Assembly: GCA_947085205.1 (NCBI GenBank)
Contig: CAMTVO010000025.1
Location: 1-39,637 of the forward strand
Length of the DNA: 39,637 nt
Direction of reading: 5' to 3'
DNA from: an uncultured Nitrospiraceae bacterium
Lineage (GTDB): Bacteria > Nitrospirota > Thermodesulfovibrionia > Thermodesulfovibrionales > Dissulfurispiraceae
Shown here: positions 19,408 through 27,668 of the stretch, one piece after another
Layout of the letters: every line of letters starts with the position of its first letter
How positions within the stretch are numbered: the first letter of the stretch is position 1
The notes under the pieces: generated by a model
The model's database searches: none
Told to the model about the DNA's origin: nothing
What the model saw: the letters and a program-made list of their open reading frames with translations, nothing else
Position numbers and translations under genes: made by a program

Positions 19408-21117
19408 ATGGGTAAAAAAATTTATATGTTGTTCGTGGTTGTTTTTGCTCTCGCCCTTGTGTTCGGAGTTTACTACACAAGCGCGGATGCTCAGAAGGCA
19501 GCTCCTGCAGCGGCACCGGCAGAAAAGCCTGTAAAGGTAGAGACATGCTACGCATGCCATGCACCTATTAAAGAATTCCATGCAGGCGGAAAACATGCAA
19601 AGGTAAACTGTGTTAGCTGCCACTCAGGGCTTGAAAAACATACCGCAGATGTAAAAAGCAGACCTGTCACAAGAATGGATCACAAGGCATGCGGAGCCTG
19701 CCACAAGGAGCAGTATGACAGCTTCTTTACCATGAACTGGGACAAGAAGGCAAGGATTGAGAAGGGGCAGCCGAAGGAAAAAGCTCCTGCTATTGATTTT
19801 CTGATGTTCCCTCATGGTTTTACAAGGGAGCATAACATTCAGAGGTCGCACTCCTTTATGCTTATTGACCATTTACTGATTGACAGGGGATATGGTGGAA
19901 GATTCCAGCCAAAAGATGGTTGGGCATTTTATGCAAAGAGCGGAGACATTAAGGCATGGGATGTCCTTATGGAAAAATACACAGAGGACGCCCACAAGCC
20001 GTTTATGCACGGAACAGGCGCATTTGCAAACCCTGTTTGTCTGAACTGTAAAACCCAGGACCACATCCTTGACTGGGCATTTATGGGAGACCCTGTCCCG
20101 GGTACAAAATGGTCAAGGACATCAAAGGTATATCAATTTGCGAAAGACCTTAATCACCCACTTAACTGTTTTATGTGTCATGACCCACACTCTGCAAAAC
20201 CGAGGGTTGTTCGCGACGCGCTTATAGAAGCATTGACGAGACCTGAGGCAGATACCCTTTGGCACAAAGACCCGAAAAGGACAAAAATTGATGTAAAGGA
20301 TATGGGTCTAAGGGGCTTTACGAGAAAGATTGCCATACTTGAGAAGAATGACACAAAACTCCAATGCGGGCAGTGTCATGTTGAGTACAACTGCAACCCA
20401 GGCATTGACCCGACGGACGGAAAGCCCATCGGAATGGCTGACAGAAGGACAAATCATTTTCCGTTTAAGGATGTATGGGAAAATAACAAGCATTATGACA
20501 GCATCAAGTTCCGCGACTTCAGGCACGGCATAACAGGCGCCCTCCTCTGGAAGGCTCAGCATCCAGAGGCAGAGACATTCTGGAACTCAAAGCATGACAA
20601 GGCAGGTGTAAACTGCAACGACTGCCATATGCCAAAGGTGACGGATCCTAAGACAAAGAAGACCTATACTTCGCACTGGCAGACAAATCCTAAGAATTAC
20701 CTGAAAGAGACCTGTCTGAAGTGCCATCCGGACTGGACCGAAAAGAAGGCGAAGTATGTCATTGAGTCTGTTGAGACACACCTTAAGGGCAAGGCAAGAA
20801 AGGCAGAATTCTGGCTTTCACAGCTTATTAATAAGTTCATTGAGGCAAAGGCTGCCGGCGTGGATGAGGCTGCCTTGAAAGAGCCGAGGGAAAAACATTG
20901 GCATGCCCATACACATTATGAGTGGTGGACTGCTGAGACCTCTGCCGGCTTCCACAATATTGACCAGGCAAAGGAGTCTCTCAATACTTCAATGATTCGC
21001 TCAATGGAAGGCATACAGATGCTTGACGATGCTATTAAGGCAAAGAGAGGTACAGACACTACATTCACCACACCAGTAAGGGCAAAACACTTTATTGGCG
21101 TAGAGCCGGTGAAGTAA
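19408..21117 (+). CDS. Octaheme cytochrome c nitrite reductase (ammonia-forming, TvNiR/ONR type of the NrfA family)
   Basis: Sec signal, then CYACH, CVSCH, CGACH, catalytic CLNCK, CFMCH, CGQCH, CNDCH, CLKCH. Also 'CHVEYNC', 'KAQHPE' and 'AETSAGFHN'. Confidence 0.92.
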   Translation: MGKKIYMLFVVVFALALVFGVYYTSADAQKAAPAAAPAEKPVKVETCYACHAPIKEFHAGGKHAKVNCVSCHSGLEKHTADVKSRPVTRMDHKACGACHKEQYDSFFTMNWDKKARIEKGQPKEKAPAIDFLMFPHGFTREHNIQRSHSFMLIDHLLIDRGYGGRFQPKDGWAFYAKSGDIKAWDVLMEKYTEDAHKPFMHGTGAFANPVCLNCKTQDHILDWAFMGDPVPGTKWSRTSKVYQFAKDLNHPLNCFMCHDPHSAKPRVVRDALIEALTRPEADTLWHKDPKRTKIDVKDMGLRGFTRKIAILEKNDTKLQCGQCHVEYNCNPGIDPTDGKPIGMADRRTNHFPFKDVWENNKHYDSIKFRDFRHGITGALLWKAQHPEAETFWNSKHDKAGVNCNDCHMPKVTDPKTKKTYTSHWQTNPKNYLKETCLKCHPDWTEKKAKYVIESVETHLKGKARKAEFWLSQLINKFIEAKAAGVDEAALKEPREKHWHAHTHYEWWTAETSAGFHNIDQAKESLNTSMIRSMEGIQMLDDAIKAKRGTDTTFTTPVRAKHFIGVEPVK

Positions 21118-21126
21118 AACACAGGG

Positions 21127-21158
21127 AAAGAGGCGGGGCATATGCCCCGCCTCTTTTT
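21127..21158 (+). terminator. Rho-independent terminator after the nitrite reductase gene
   Basis: AAAGAGGCGGGGC-ATAT-GCCCCGCCTCTTT perfect stem running into a T tract. Confidence 0.85.
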
Positions 21159-21179
21159 ATGATGAAACGGAGGCAATGA

Positions 21180-21671
21180 ATGAAAAGAAAGTTGATGTTA
21201 CTGTCAATAGCATTAACCATGGTTGTCCTGATGGCGGCCATGGGATACAGCCACAACAACAGCGCGCCCAATTTTGAGTGTTTCAAATGCCATCAGCCTG
21301 TGGGTGCACATAGCACTCGGATTGTATTAAAAGGACTGCCAAAGGTCTACGAACCAGGCAAGGTTTATAAACTTGAGTTATCTGTCGTCAGTTCATTAAA
21401 AAGTATTGGTGAAGTGCAGGGTGGGTTTGCTGCTGAATCTACGGCAGGAGAATTGATAGTGAGTGATAAAATCAACACTCAGCTTTCCGACATGATATTA
21501 ACACATACGCAGGAAGGATCAACCCTCAGGACATGGAAATTCAACTGGAAGGCTCCTGTGCAGAAGGTAAATGCGGAGTTGAAGGTCATGGTAGTTGCTG
21601 CAAATGGTGATTTCTCAGCAACTAACGATGCGGTAACTGCGGATATGTTTATAATTAAACCGGCGAAATAG
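21180..21671 (+). CDS. Secreted single-CxxCH protein with a Reeler-like (choice-of-anchor V-like) beta domain
   Basis: Signal peptide, CFKCH, 'GLPKVYEPGKVY', 'GGF', 'LTH', 'WKFNWKAP', 'AANGD'. SD GGAGG. Confidence 0.75.
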   Translation: MKRKLMLLSIALTMVVLMAAMGYSHNNSAPNFECFKCHQPVGAHSTRIVLKGLPKVYEPGKVYKLELSVVSSLKSIGEVQGGFAAESTAGELIVSDKINTQLSDMILTHTQEGSTLRTWKFNWKAPVQKVNAELKVMVVAANGDFSATNDAVTADMFIIKPAK

Positions 21672-21807
21672 TGAACAGTGAACAATGATAAAGACAGTGA
21701 CAGTGACCAGTGACAGCAAATCAGTATTCAGTGTCAGTGGTTAGTGTCAGTAAAATTTGTCACTGACACAGACACTAAAAACTGAAACTGTAAGACACTG
21801 ACACTAA
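21670..21807. repeat. Mixed 6/7-mer tandem repeat arrays with inverted halves
   Basis: AGTGAAC x2, GACAGT/GACCAGT units, TCAGTG(N) x5 (21721-21753), then complementary CACTGA-like units (21761-21807). Confidence 0.85.
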
Positions 21808-21827
21808 AATAATGGAGGTGTTAGCAA

Positions 21828-24800
21828 ATGAAACTAAGTAGAAGAGACTTTTTAAGGGCAAGCGCGATAACCACTGCTGCAGCTGCAGCAGGGATTGCAA
21901 AGCCCGATATGCTTTTTGCATCACATCCTGTCAGGACATTTCCAGTGGGGCAGTGCAGGTATTGTGCAGTTGGCTGCACCTGTATAGCGGACTGCGAGGT
22001 GGATGCTGCCGGCAAGGTAACAAGGGTTGTAGCGATAAAAGGCGATTTAAAAAGCACAGTCAACAGAGGAGTCCTTTGCACAAAGGCATTCTATCTTCAC
22101 AAGGCGCTCATGTATAAAGACAGGCCAAAGGGCGCTTATGTCCGAAAGGAATTGATTAATCCCAAAACAGGAAAGCCTGACCTGAAGGACTGTCCGAGGA
22201 TTCTTGAAGGGAAAAACACAAAGGATCCACATGGATTAAAACCATCTGAGGTTGACCTGAAAGATAATTTTGTTCTCATACCGTGGGAAGATGCCATAGA
22301 GTTTGTTGCTGATGCAGTTGAAAAGACTGTTAAAGAAAACGGCAAACACAGCGTTGCCTATTACGGCAGCGGACAGTTGGGTTCTGAAGAAACCCACATA
22401 ATGAACAAGGCATTTAAGGGCGGTGGGATGCTCGCGAATAACGCAATTGAAGGACAGCCGAGGACATGTATGGCATCTGCTGTTGTGGGCTACCTTTATA
22501 CATTCGGCAAGGACGAGCCTTACGGAAGCCTTGATGACCTTGATGTGCCCGACCCTGATTTTGGAAAACATGCCGATACATTCTTCCTTATAGGAAACAA
22601 TACAGCAGAGGGACACCCCATACTCTTTAACAGGATAGCTGCTTTGAAGGCTAAAAATCCTGACAAGGTCAAGGTAATACTCGCAGACCCGAGAAAGACC
22701 CGTTCCGGAACAATAGCAGATCTCTGGCTTCCCTTTGCAACAGGCAGGGACCTCGTGCTTCTCAACTCAATAGCGTATGTTATTACCCACGAGCTTGATG
22801 GTGCAAAATATGATGTTGAAAAAGGCACTGTTGATGCAAAGTGGAAGTATCTTGACAAAAAATTCATTGAAAGGCATGTCAGCTTCGGTATCCACGAGGA
22901 TGTAAAAAAGACATGGGTGAAGACCACATATGGCGGAACAAGGGATGCAGCATGGGATTTGACATACACAGCAGAGCCGAGAAAGACTTATCCAAACCTG
23001 AAAAACAAATATGCCTCAGAGGAAGATGTAACTAAAGACCTTTACAAAGGCTTTGCCATTTTCCTTAAGTTCCTTGAGGACTACAAGCCTGAAAAGGTCT
23101 CCGAGGCGATATTTGAAGGTGAATCACCGCTTCTCTATGACAGGGCATCGAGGACATGGAAAAAGATAAGCGGGCCCGAGGCAGTGAGGCTTGCTGCAAA
23201 GTGGTATGCAGAAGGATATACACTTTCAGCATGGTGTATGGGCGTTAATCAGAAGCTGCAGGGCACATGGACTAATGCCACGCTTCACATGCTCAATTTA
23301 ATAACAGGAAAGACAGTAAAACCTGGCAGACATTCATTCAGCTTCACAGGGCAGCCCAATGCCTGTGGCGGCATCCGTGCGCCTGGAGCGCTATGCCACG
23401 CACTTCCTTATGGAAGGCTTGTTGCAAATCCCCTTCACAGGGCGGCGGTTGAAAAAATATGGTCTGACAGGGCAGCGGCATATCTTAAAAAGAGAGGATC
23501 CTCTGATGCAGAAATAGCAGCAGAGACAGCAAAGATTAAGATACATGATAAGCCTGGCCCTCACACAGTAGAGATGTTCAGAAGACTCGGCGCTGGACAG
23601 ATTAAGGTTCAATTTATATCATGCGTCAATGCCGGTCAGAGCCTTCCCTATTCATGGCCTTACAGGCTTGCCATGGGTGGAGCAAAGAAAGGAGAGCCAT
23701 GGCCGCTTACAGTGACCCTTGAGTCATTCCCCAATGCAACAACAATGGTTTCTGATGTTGTGCTTGGCGCATCCTCATGGTATGAGAAGGAATTCATCTT
23801 TGGCAACCTTGAAAGAAGGTATCAGATAATCAAGCAGGTCATAGAGCCATATGGAAATACAATCCCTGACCATACCATTTTCGCCATGATAATGAGGAGA
23901 CTTGAGGAAAAGGGACTTGTTCCAAAGGGTCATGTCTCCCAGTTCTGGCCTGAAAAGTATGACGGTAAAGACTGGATGAAAAAAACCATTGATGCAGCAA
24001 AGACAAAGGAGTGGAACAGGAAGTTCAGCTCCAACATCTGGGAAGAGTTGATGACCCTTTCAGCAGGCACAGGATATAACTTTACAGGGATGAACAGAAA
24101 GGTGCTCCTTGAAAGGAATCATGGTTACAGGATTCCTTTCCCTGCGGATGTCCATACTGACCCTGCAATGAAGGCAAGGTATGAGAAGTATGAGTCATGC
24201 ATACAATATGCCTTCCCGTATGACCCGCTTATAGAGAGGGTGACAGGAATGTATCTCGGCAACATGAAGGCATTTAACCCTGTATATGGTGCTTGGCTTG
24301 AGAAGAATTTGGACGCTATGAAAAAGGATGAGGCATATCACAAGGAGCAGAATGTGCCAAAGGGCTGGTATGCGAGCTTCTATAACTCCAATGCCTTCAT
24401 AAACGGTATGGTTGACCTCCCTGATGGCAGGAAGGTGCCGGGATGGGATGGAAGGGCTATTGCATGGGCAAACCCGTGGTGGGCATGCAAATTTGACGGA
24501 AAGGGGTTCGTAAAATATAAGACCGTTGAGGTGGTTGAGAGGAATTTCAACGCTAAGAAGGTTGATGAGAACAGCATGCTTCCTTTTGATCCTGTGGCAA
24601 AATACACTGTCAATGTCATCGGCGACCCCGATAAGGATATGAATGCCCTTAAAAACATTGCCCTCAGCCCGGCAGAGTTCCACAACCTCAGGCATGAATA
24701 CACAAAGGCTGACGGAAGCAAGTTCCTGATCATTGACACCACTGATTACAAATATGCCGCCTGCACTGGCAGGGTTGTTGAACACTGGCATTCAGGAAGT

Positions 24801-25154
24801 ATGACTACAAGGGTTCCAGAGCTCAGCCGTGCGGTTCCCGGGGCATATGTTGAGCTCAATGAAATACTTGCAAAGAAGCTTGGGATCAAAGAGGGCGATT
24901 CTGTGATCGTTGAATCTCCAAGAGGTAAGATTGAGCTTCCTGCGAGGATACTTGATGTCGCTAAGGCAACAGGTGGACCGAGATACGACTATGTCTTCAT
25001 CCCATGGTTTGATGAGTACAAACTCATCAACATGATAATGAGGGATGCATTTGACCCATTCAGCTTCCAGCCAGACTATAAGATGTTTGCAGTGAAAATT
25101 TACAAGGGCAAGACAAAAACAAGACAGGCAGAGCCTGGCAAGATAGTGGTGTAA
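21828..25154 (+). CDS. napA: Periplasmic nitrate reductase catalytic subunit (Mo-bisPGD), unusually long
   Basis: Tat signal SRRDFL, [4Fe-4S] motif CRYCAVGC...LCTK, YGSGQ, RTCMASAV (Cys Mo ligand), WCMGVNQ, TGQPNACG, TGRVVEHWHSGSMT, QPDYK. napGHD lie downstream. Confidence 0.88.
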   Translation: MKLSRRDFLRASAITTAAAAAGIAKPDMLFASHPVRTFPVGQCRYCAVGCTCIADCEVDAAGKVTRVVAIKGDLKSTVNRGVLCTKAFYLHKALMYKDRPKGAYVRKELINPKTGKPDLKDCPRILEGKNTKDPHGLKPSEVDLKDNFVLIPWEDAIEFVADAVEKTVKENGKHSVAYYGSGQLGSEETHIMNKAFKGGGMLANNAIEGQPRTCMASAVVGYLYTFGKDEPYGSLDDLDVPDPDFGKHADTFFLIGNNTAEGHPILFNRIAALKAKNPDKVKVILADPRKTRSGTIADLWLPFATGRDLVLLNSIAYVITHELDGAKYDVEKGTVDAKWKYLDKKFIERHVSFGIHEDVKKTWVKTTYGGTRDAAWDLTYTAEPRKTYPNLKNKYASEEDVTKDLYKGFAIFLKFLEDYKPEKVSEAIFEGESPLLYDRASRTWKKISGPEAVRLAAKWYAEGYTLSAWCMGVNQKLQGTWTNATLHMLNLITGKTVKPGRHSFSFTGQPNACGGIRAPGALCHALPYGRLVANPLHRAAVEKIWSDRAAAYLKKRGSSDAEIAAETAKIKIHDKPGPHTVEMFRRLGAGQIKVQFISCVNAGQSLPYSWPYRLAMGGAKKGEPWPLTVTLESFPNATTMVSDVVLGASSWYEKEFIFGNLERRYQIIKQVIEPYGNTIPDHTIFAMIMRRLEEKGLVPKGHVSQFWPEKYDGKDWMKKTIDAAKTKEWNRKFSSNIWEELMTLSAGTGYNFTGMNRKVLLERNHGYRIPFPADVHTDPAMKARYEKYESCIQYAFPYDPLIERVTGMYLGNMKAFNPVYGAWLEKNLDAMKKDEAYHKEQNVPKGWYASFYNSNAFINGMVDLPDGRKVPGWDGRAIAWANPWWACKFDGKGFVKYKTVEVVERNFNAKKVDENSMLPFDPVAKYTVNVIGDPDKDMNALKNIALSPAEFHNLRHEYTKADGSKFLIIDTTDYKYAACTGRVVEHWHSGSMTTRVPELSRAVPGAYVELNEILAKKLGIKEGDSVIVESPRGKIELPARILDVAKATGGPRYDYVFIPWFDEYKLINMIMRDAFDPFSFQPDYKMFAVKIYKGKTKTRQAEPGKIVV

Positions 25155-25166
25155 AAAGTTTTTGTT

Positions 25167-25308
25167 TCCCCCTCCCCCTTGCCCCCTCCCGTCAAGGGAG
25201 GGGGAATATAAATCCCTCTTCATCAATGGAGGGATGACTATAAATCCCATCTCCCCTTGACGGGACAGGGGAGAAATATACCCTCCCCCTTGACGGGTGA
25301 GGGGGGGT
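25167..25308. repeat. Cluster of four REP-like GC-rich hairpins in head-to-head orientation
   Basis: CCCCCTCCC-GTCAA-GGGAGGGGG (25182-25204), ATCCCTC..GAGGGAT (25212-25235), TCTCCCC-TTGAC..GGGGAGA (25250-25274), CCCTCCCCC-TTGAC-GGGTGAGGG (25281-25303). Confidence 0.8.
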
Positions 25309-25390
25309 GTTTGATAATGATTTCAATGTGTTATTGTGATTTCTTAATTAAGAATCGCTCAACTTAGGTAATAGACAAAAAGGAGGAAAG

Positions 25391-25960
25391 ATGAAAAATT
25401 TTTTGGTAATTGTTATTTCGCTTTTTTTGGTGGTATCATGCGCAAAGAAGGAGGAAAAAAAGGCGGTAGGCGTGGCTCGTGGCGAGCAAATCGCTAAGGT
25501 CGGAGATACGGTTATAACTAAGGATGATATTCAGGCAATACCGGAAGCCATGAGGCAACTGTATTTAGGGGCAGAAGGGCTGGAGAGATTTGTTGCCGAG
25601 CAGATGTTATATCAGGAGGCATTAAAGAAGGGGCTTGATAAGGATACCGAATATCTTAAGATGGCTGATTACTTGAAAAGGAAGGCGTTAGTTGAGACCC
25701 TTTTGGATAAGGAGATAACGAAAAAAGTGAGGGTGGAAGATAAGGAATTGTCAGATCACTACAAGAAAAACAAAGAAGAATTCAAGGTAAAAGAGACAGG
25801 GCAGTATATCCCTTTTGATAACATCAAGGAAGGTTTGCGCAGGCAGATCTTAATGGAAAAACAGAAGGCTGTTTTTGATAAATATATGGCTGACATGAAA
25901 AAGAGATATAAGGTAGAGATTAATGAAGCGGCATTAGCGGCGCCTGCTGAAACCAAATAA
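25391..25960 (+). CDS. Lipoprotein with SurA/PrsA-like chaperone domain, lacking the parvulin catalytic core
   Basis: Lipobox VVSC, 'IAKVGDTVITKDD', 'LYQEALKKGLDKD', 'Y..NKEEF' joined almost directly to 'PFDNIKEGLRRQI...YKVEIN'. Confidence 0.75.
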   Translation: MKNFLVIVISLFLVVSCAKKEEKKAVGVARGEQIAKVGDTVITKDDIQAIPEAMRQLYLGAEGLERFVAEQMLYQEALKKGLDKDTEYLKMADYLKRKALVETLLDKEITKKVRVEDKELSDHYKKNKEEFKVKETGQYIPFDNIKEGLRRQILMEKQKAVFDKYMADMKKRYKVEINEAALAAPAETK

Positions 25961-25972
25961 TTGAGCATATAA

Positions 25973-26737
25973 ATGGGATTTAACAGAAGGGATTTTTTAA
26001 AGGCATCTCTGGTCGCTGGAGGGGCTGCAGCATTAGGTAGTGGACTTCATGTTCTTGGCAATACTGCCTATGCAGCAAAAGAGCAATCTCTTGCACCCCT
26101 GCCTGATATAGAGATTGGAGGCATTATCAGACCGCCTGGAGCGCTTCCTGAGAGGGAGTTCAGGGCTAAGTGTATAGGCTGCGGTGTGTGTGTGAATGTA
26201 TGCCATGCCATGAAATACGACGCCATTGCCACAGTTGGCATTAGAGATATGAGGAATTTTGGAACACCTTACATAAAGGATATGCGTGATTTCCCATGTG
26301 CCCTTTGCATGGAGTGTCCAAGGCACTGCCCAACAGGCGCACTTCAAAAAGTGGAAAAGGAAAAGGTTGCAATGGGCGTGGCGCTTATTGATTATAAACT
26401 CTGTTTCGGATGGAATGGAGATGTATGCCTTTCATGCAGTAAGGTCTGTCCATTGGGTGCGCTGGTCTTTGATTTTTATAGCGGTGAATGGGGTAACCAG
26501 CCGAATATCAACGAGAAATGTGTTGGATGTGGACTGTGCGTCAAGTATTGTCCTTTAGGAGGCTCTGCTGCAAAGGTCGTAACAAAAAGGCAGTATGAAA
26601 ATATCAAGGCATCTCGTGCTGGTGAGATGAACAGGCTTTTAGCCATGTCAACCGAAGATAGATACAATATAGTCTATGGTCAGAATCTTCCAGAGATTAT
26701 GGCGAGAGGGAGGTTGATAGAGCGTGAATACAGATAG
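25973..26737 (+). CDS. napG: NapG/MauM-type periplasmic 4x[4Fe-4S] protein
   Basis: Tat signal RRDFL, 'IRPPGA..EREF..KCIGCGVCVNVC', GTPY, CPTGAL, 'MGVA', CVGCGLC..CP. Confidence 0.9.
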   Translation: MGFNRRDFLKASLVAGGAAALGSGLHVLGNTAYAAKEQSLAPLPDIEIGGIIRPPGALPEREFRAKCIGCGVCVNVCHAMKYDAIATVGIRDMRNFGTPYIKDMRDFPCALCMECPRHCPTGALQKVEKEKVAMGVALIDYKLCFGWNGDVCLSCSKVCPLGALVFDFYSGEWGNQPNINEKCVGCGLCVKYCPLGGSAAKVVTKRQYENIKASRAGEMNRLLAMSTEDRYNIVYGQNLPEIMARGRLIEREYR

Positions 26738-27668
26738 AGCGATAGTGCGACAGAGCGATAGTGCGACAGCCGCTGGTCAGGAGTTAAATTCCCCTTTGCC
26801 TTCCTATGCTAAAAAAGAGGTGGGCGGATTACTAAAGCTCTCAAGGCTCAGACGCTTTATCCTGCTTGGAATAATAATCTTATTCCTCCTGCAATTTCTC
26901 AAGATTAAAGTTCTGGTTGGCGGACTAACAGGTTCTGTTGCTGTATGGTTTGTAAAGCTTATAGATGTCTTTGCATATGTTGAGAGTCTTGTTGCATCAA
27001 AGGATTTTTCCACTACTGCTTTGATAGCAGTGCTTCCAATCATCGGTGTGTATCTGATATTCGGCAGGGCATTCTGCGGATGGGTTTGTCCTATGGATTT
27101 CCTTTATGAGATGGTGGATAAAATAAAAAACAGCAGTCAGCAGTCAGCAGTCAGCAGTCAGAAAAAAACAATAACAGACAAAATATCGCCCAAACTTGGA
27201 TATGCAATGGCGGCGATTTTACTTGGCATTTCTGTGTTAATAGGAATCCCATTTTTTACAAACTACATCTCTCACCTTACAAACTTCTTCAGATTCATTA
27301 CAGGCGGCGTATTCCTTGCGCTCGATCTGCCGTTTGAGCCTTCGGTGCTTGCATATTCAGGCAGTGTAATAATCCTGCTTTTAGGTCTTGAATATTTCTT
27401 TCCGCGTCTGTGGTGCAGGGTTTTATGTCCAGTTGGGAAGACCTACGGACTTTTTAATAAGATAAGCCTTCTTAAACTGAAATTCAGGGAGGGCGATTGC
27501 GGAGAGTGCAATCTATGCGAGCAGGTATGTTATATGAAAGTGAAGATAACGCCCTATTTAGACCAGCCGGGGTTAAGGGATATAAACTGCATTTACTGCG
27601 GTAGATGTGTAGATGGCTGTGGGACAAAGGGGAAACTTATAAAAATGAAAATAGGAGGATGGAAATGA
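26724..27668 (+). CDS. napH: NapH/MauN-type membrane quinol dehydrogenase subunit
   Basis: GRAFCGWVCP, WCRVLCPVG, two C-terminal ferredoxin motifs and TM helices. The exact start is uncertain because the N-terminus is repeat-derived. Confidence 0.9.
   Translation: MNTDRAIVRQSDSATAAGQELNSPLPSYAKKEVGGLLKLSRLRRFILLGIIILFLLQFLKIKVLVGGLTGSVAVWFVKLIDVFAYVESLVASKDFSTTALIAVLPIIGVYLIFGRAFCGWVCPMDFLYEMVDKIKNSSQQSAVSSQKKTITDKISPKLGYAMAAILLGISVLIGIPFFTNYISHLTNFFRFITGGVFLALDLPFEPSVLAYSGSVIILLLGLEYFFPRLWCRVLCPVGKTYGLFNKISLLKLKFREGDCGECNLCEQVCYMKVKITPYLDQPGLRDINCIYCGRCVDGCGTKGKLIKMKIGGWK
27131..27161 (+). repeat. Perfect (CAGCAGT)4.4 tandem repeat inside napH
   Basis: cagcagt cagcagt cagcagt cagcagt cag, translating as SSQQSAVSSQ. 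Confidence 0.95.

Noticed and set aside
21828..25154. Selenocysteine or formate dehydrogenase identity for the molybdoenzyme
   Set aside because: There is no in-frame TGA, the ligand motif is CMASA (Nap type) rather than C/U-H, and napGHD are adjacent.
24792..25250. 152-aa minus-strand ORF beginning in the repeat cluster
   Set aside because: It starts in palindromic repeat sequence (SPSLDGRGQGGG) and runs antisense to napA.
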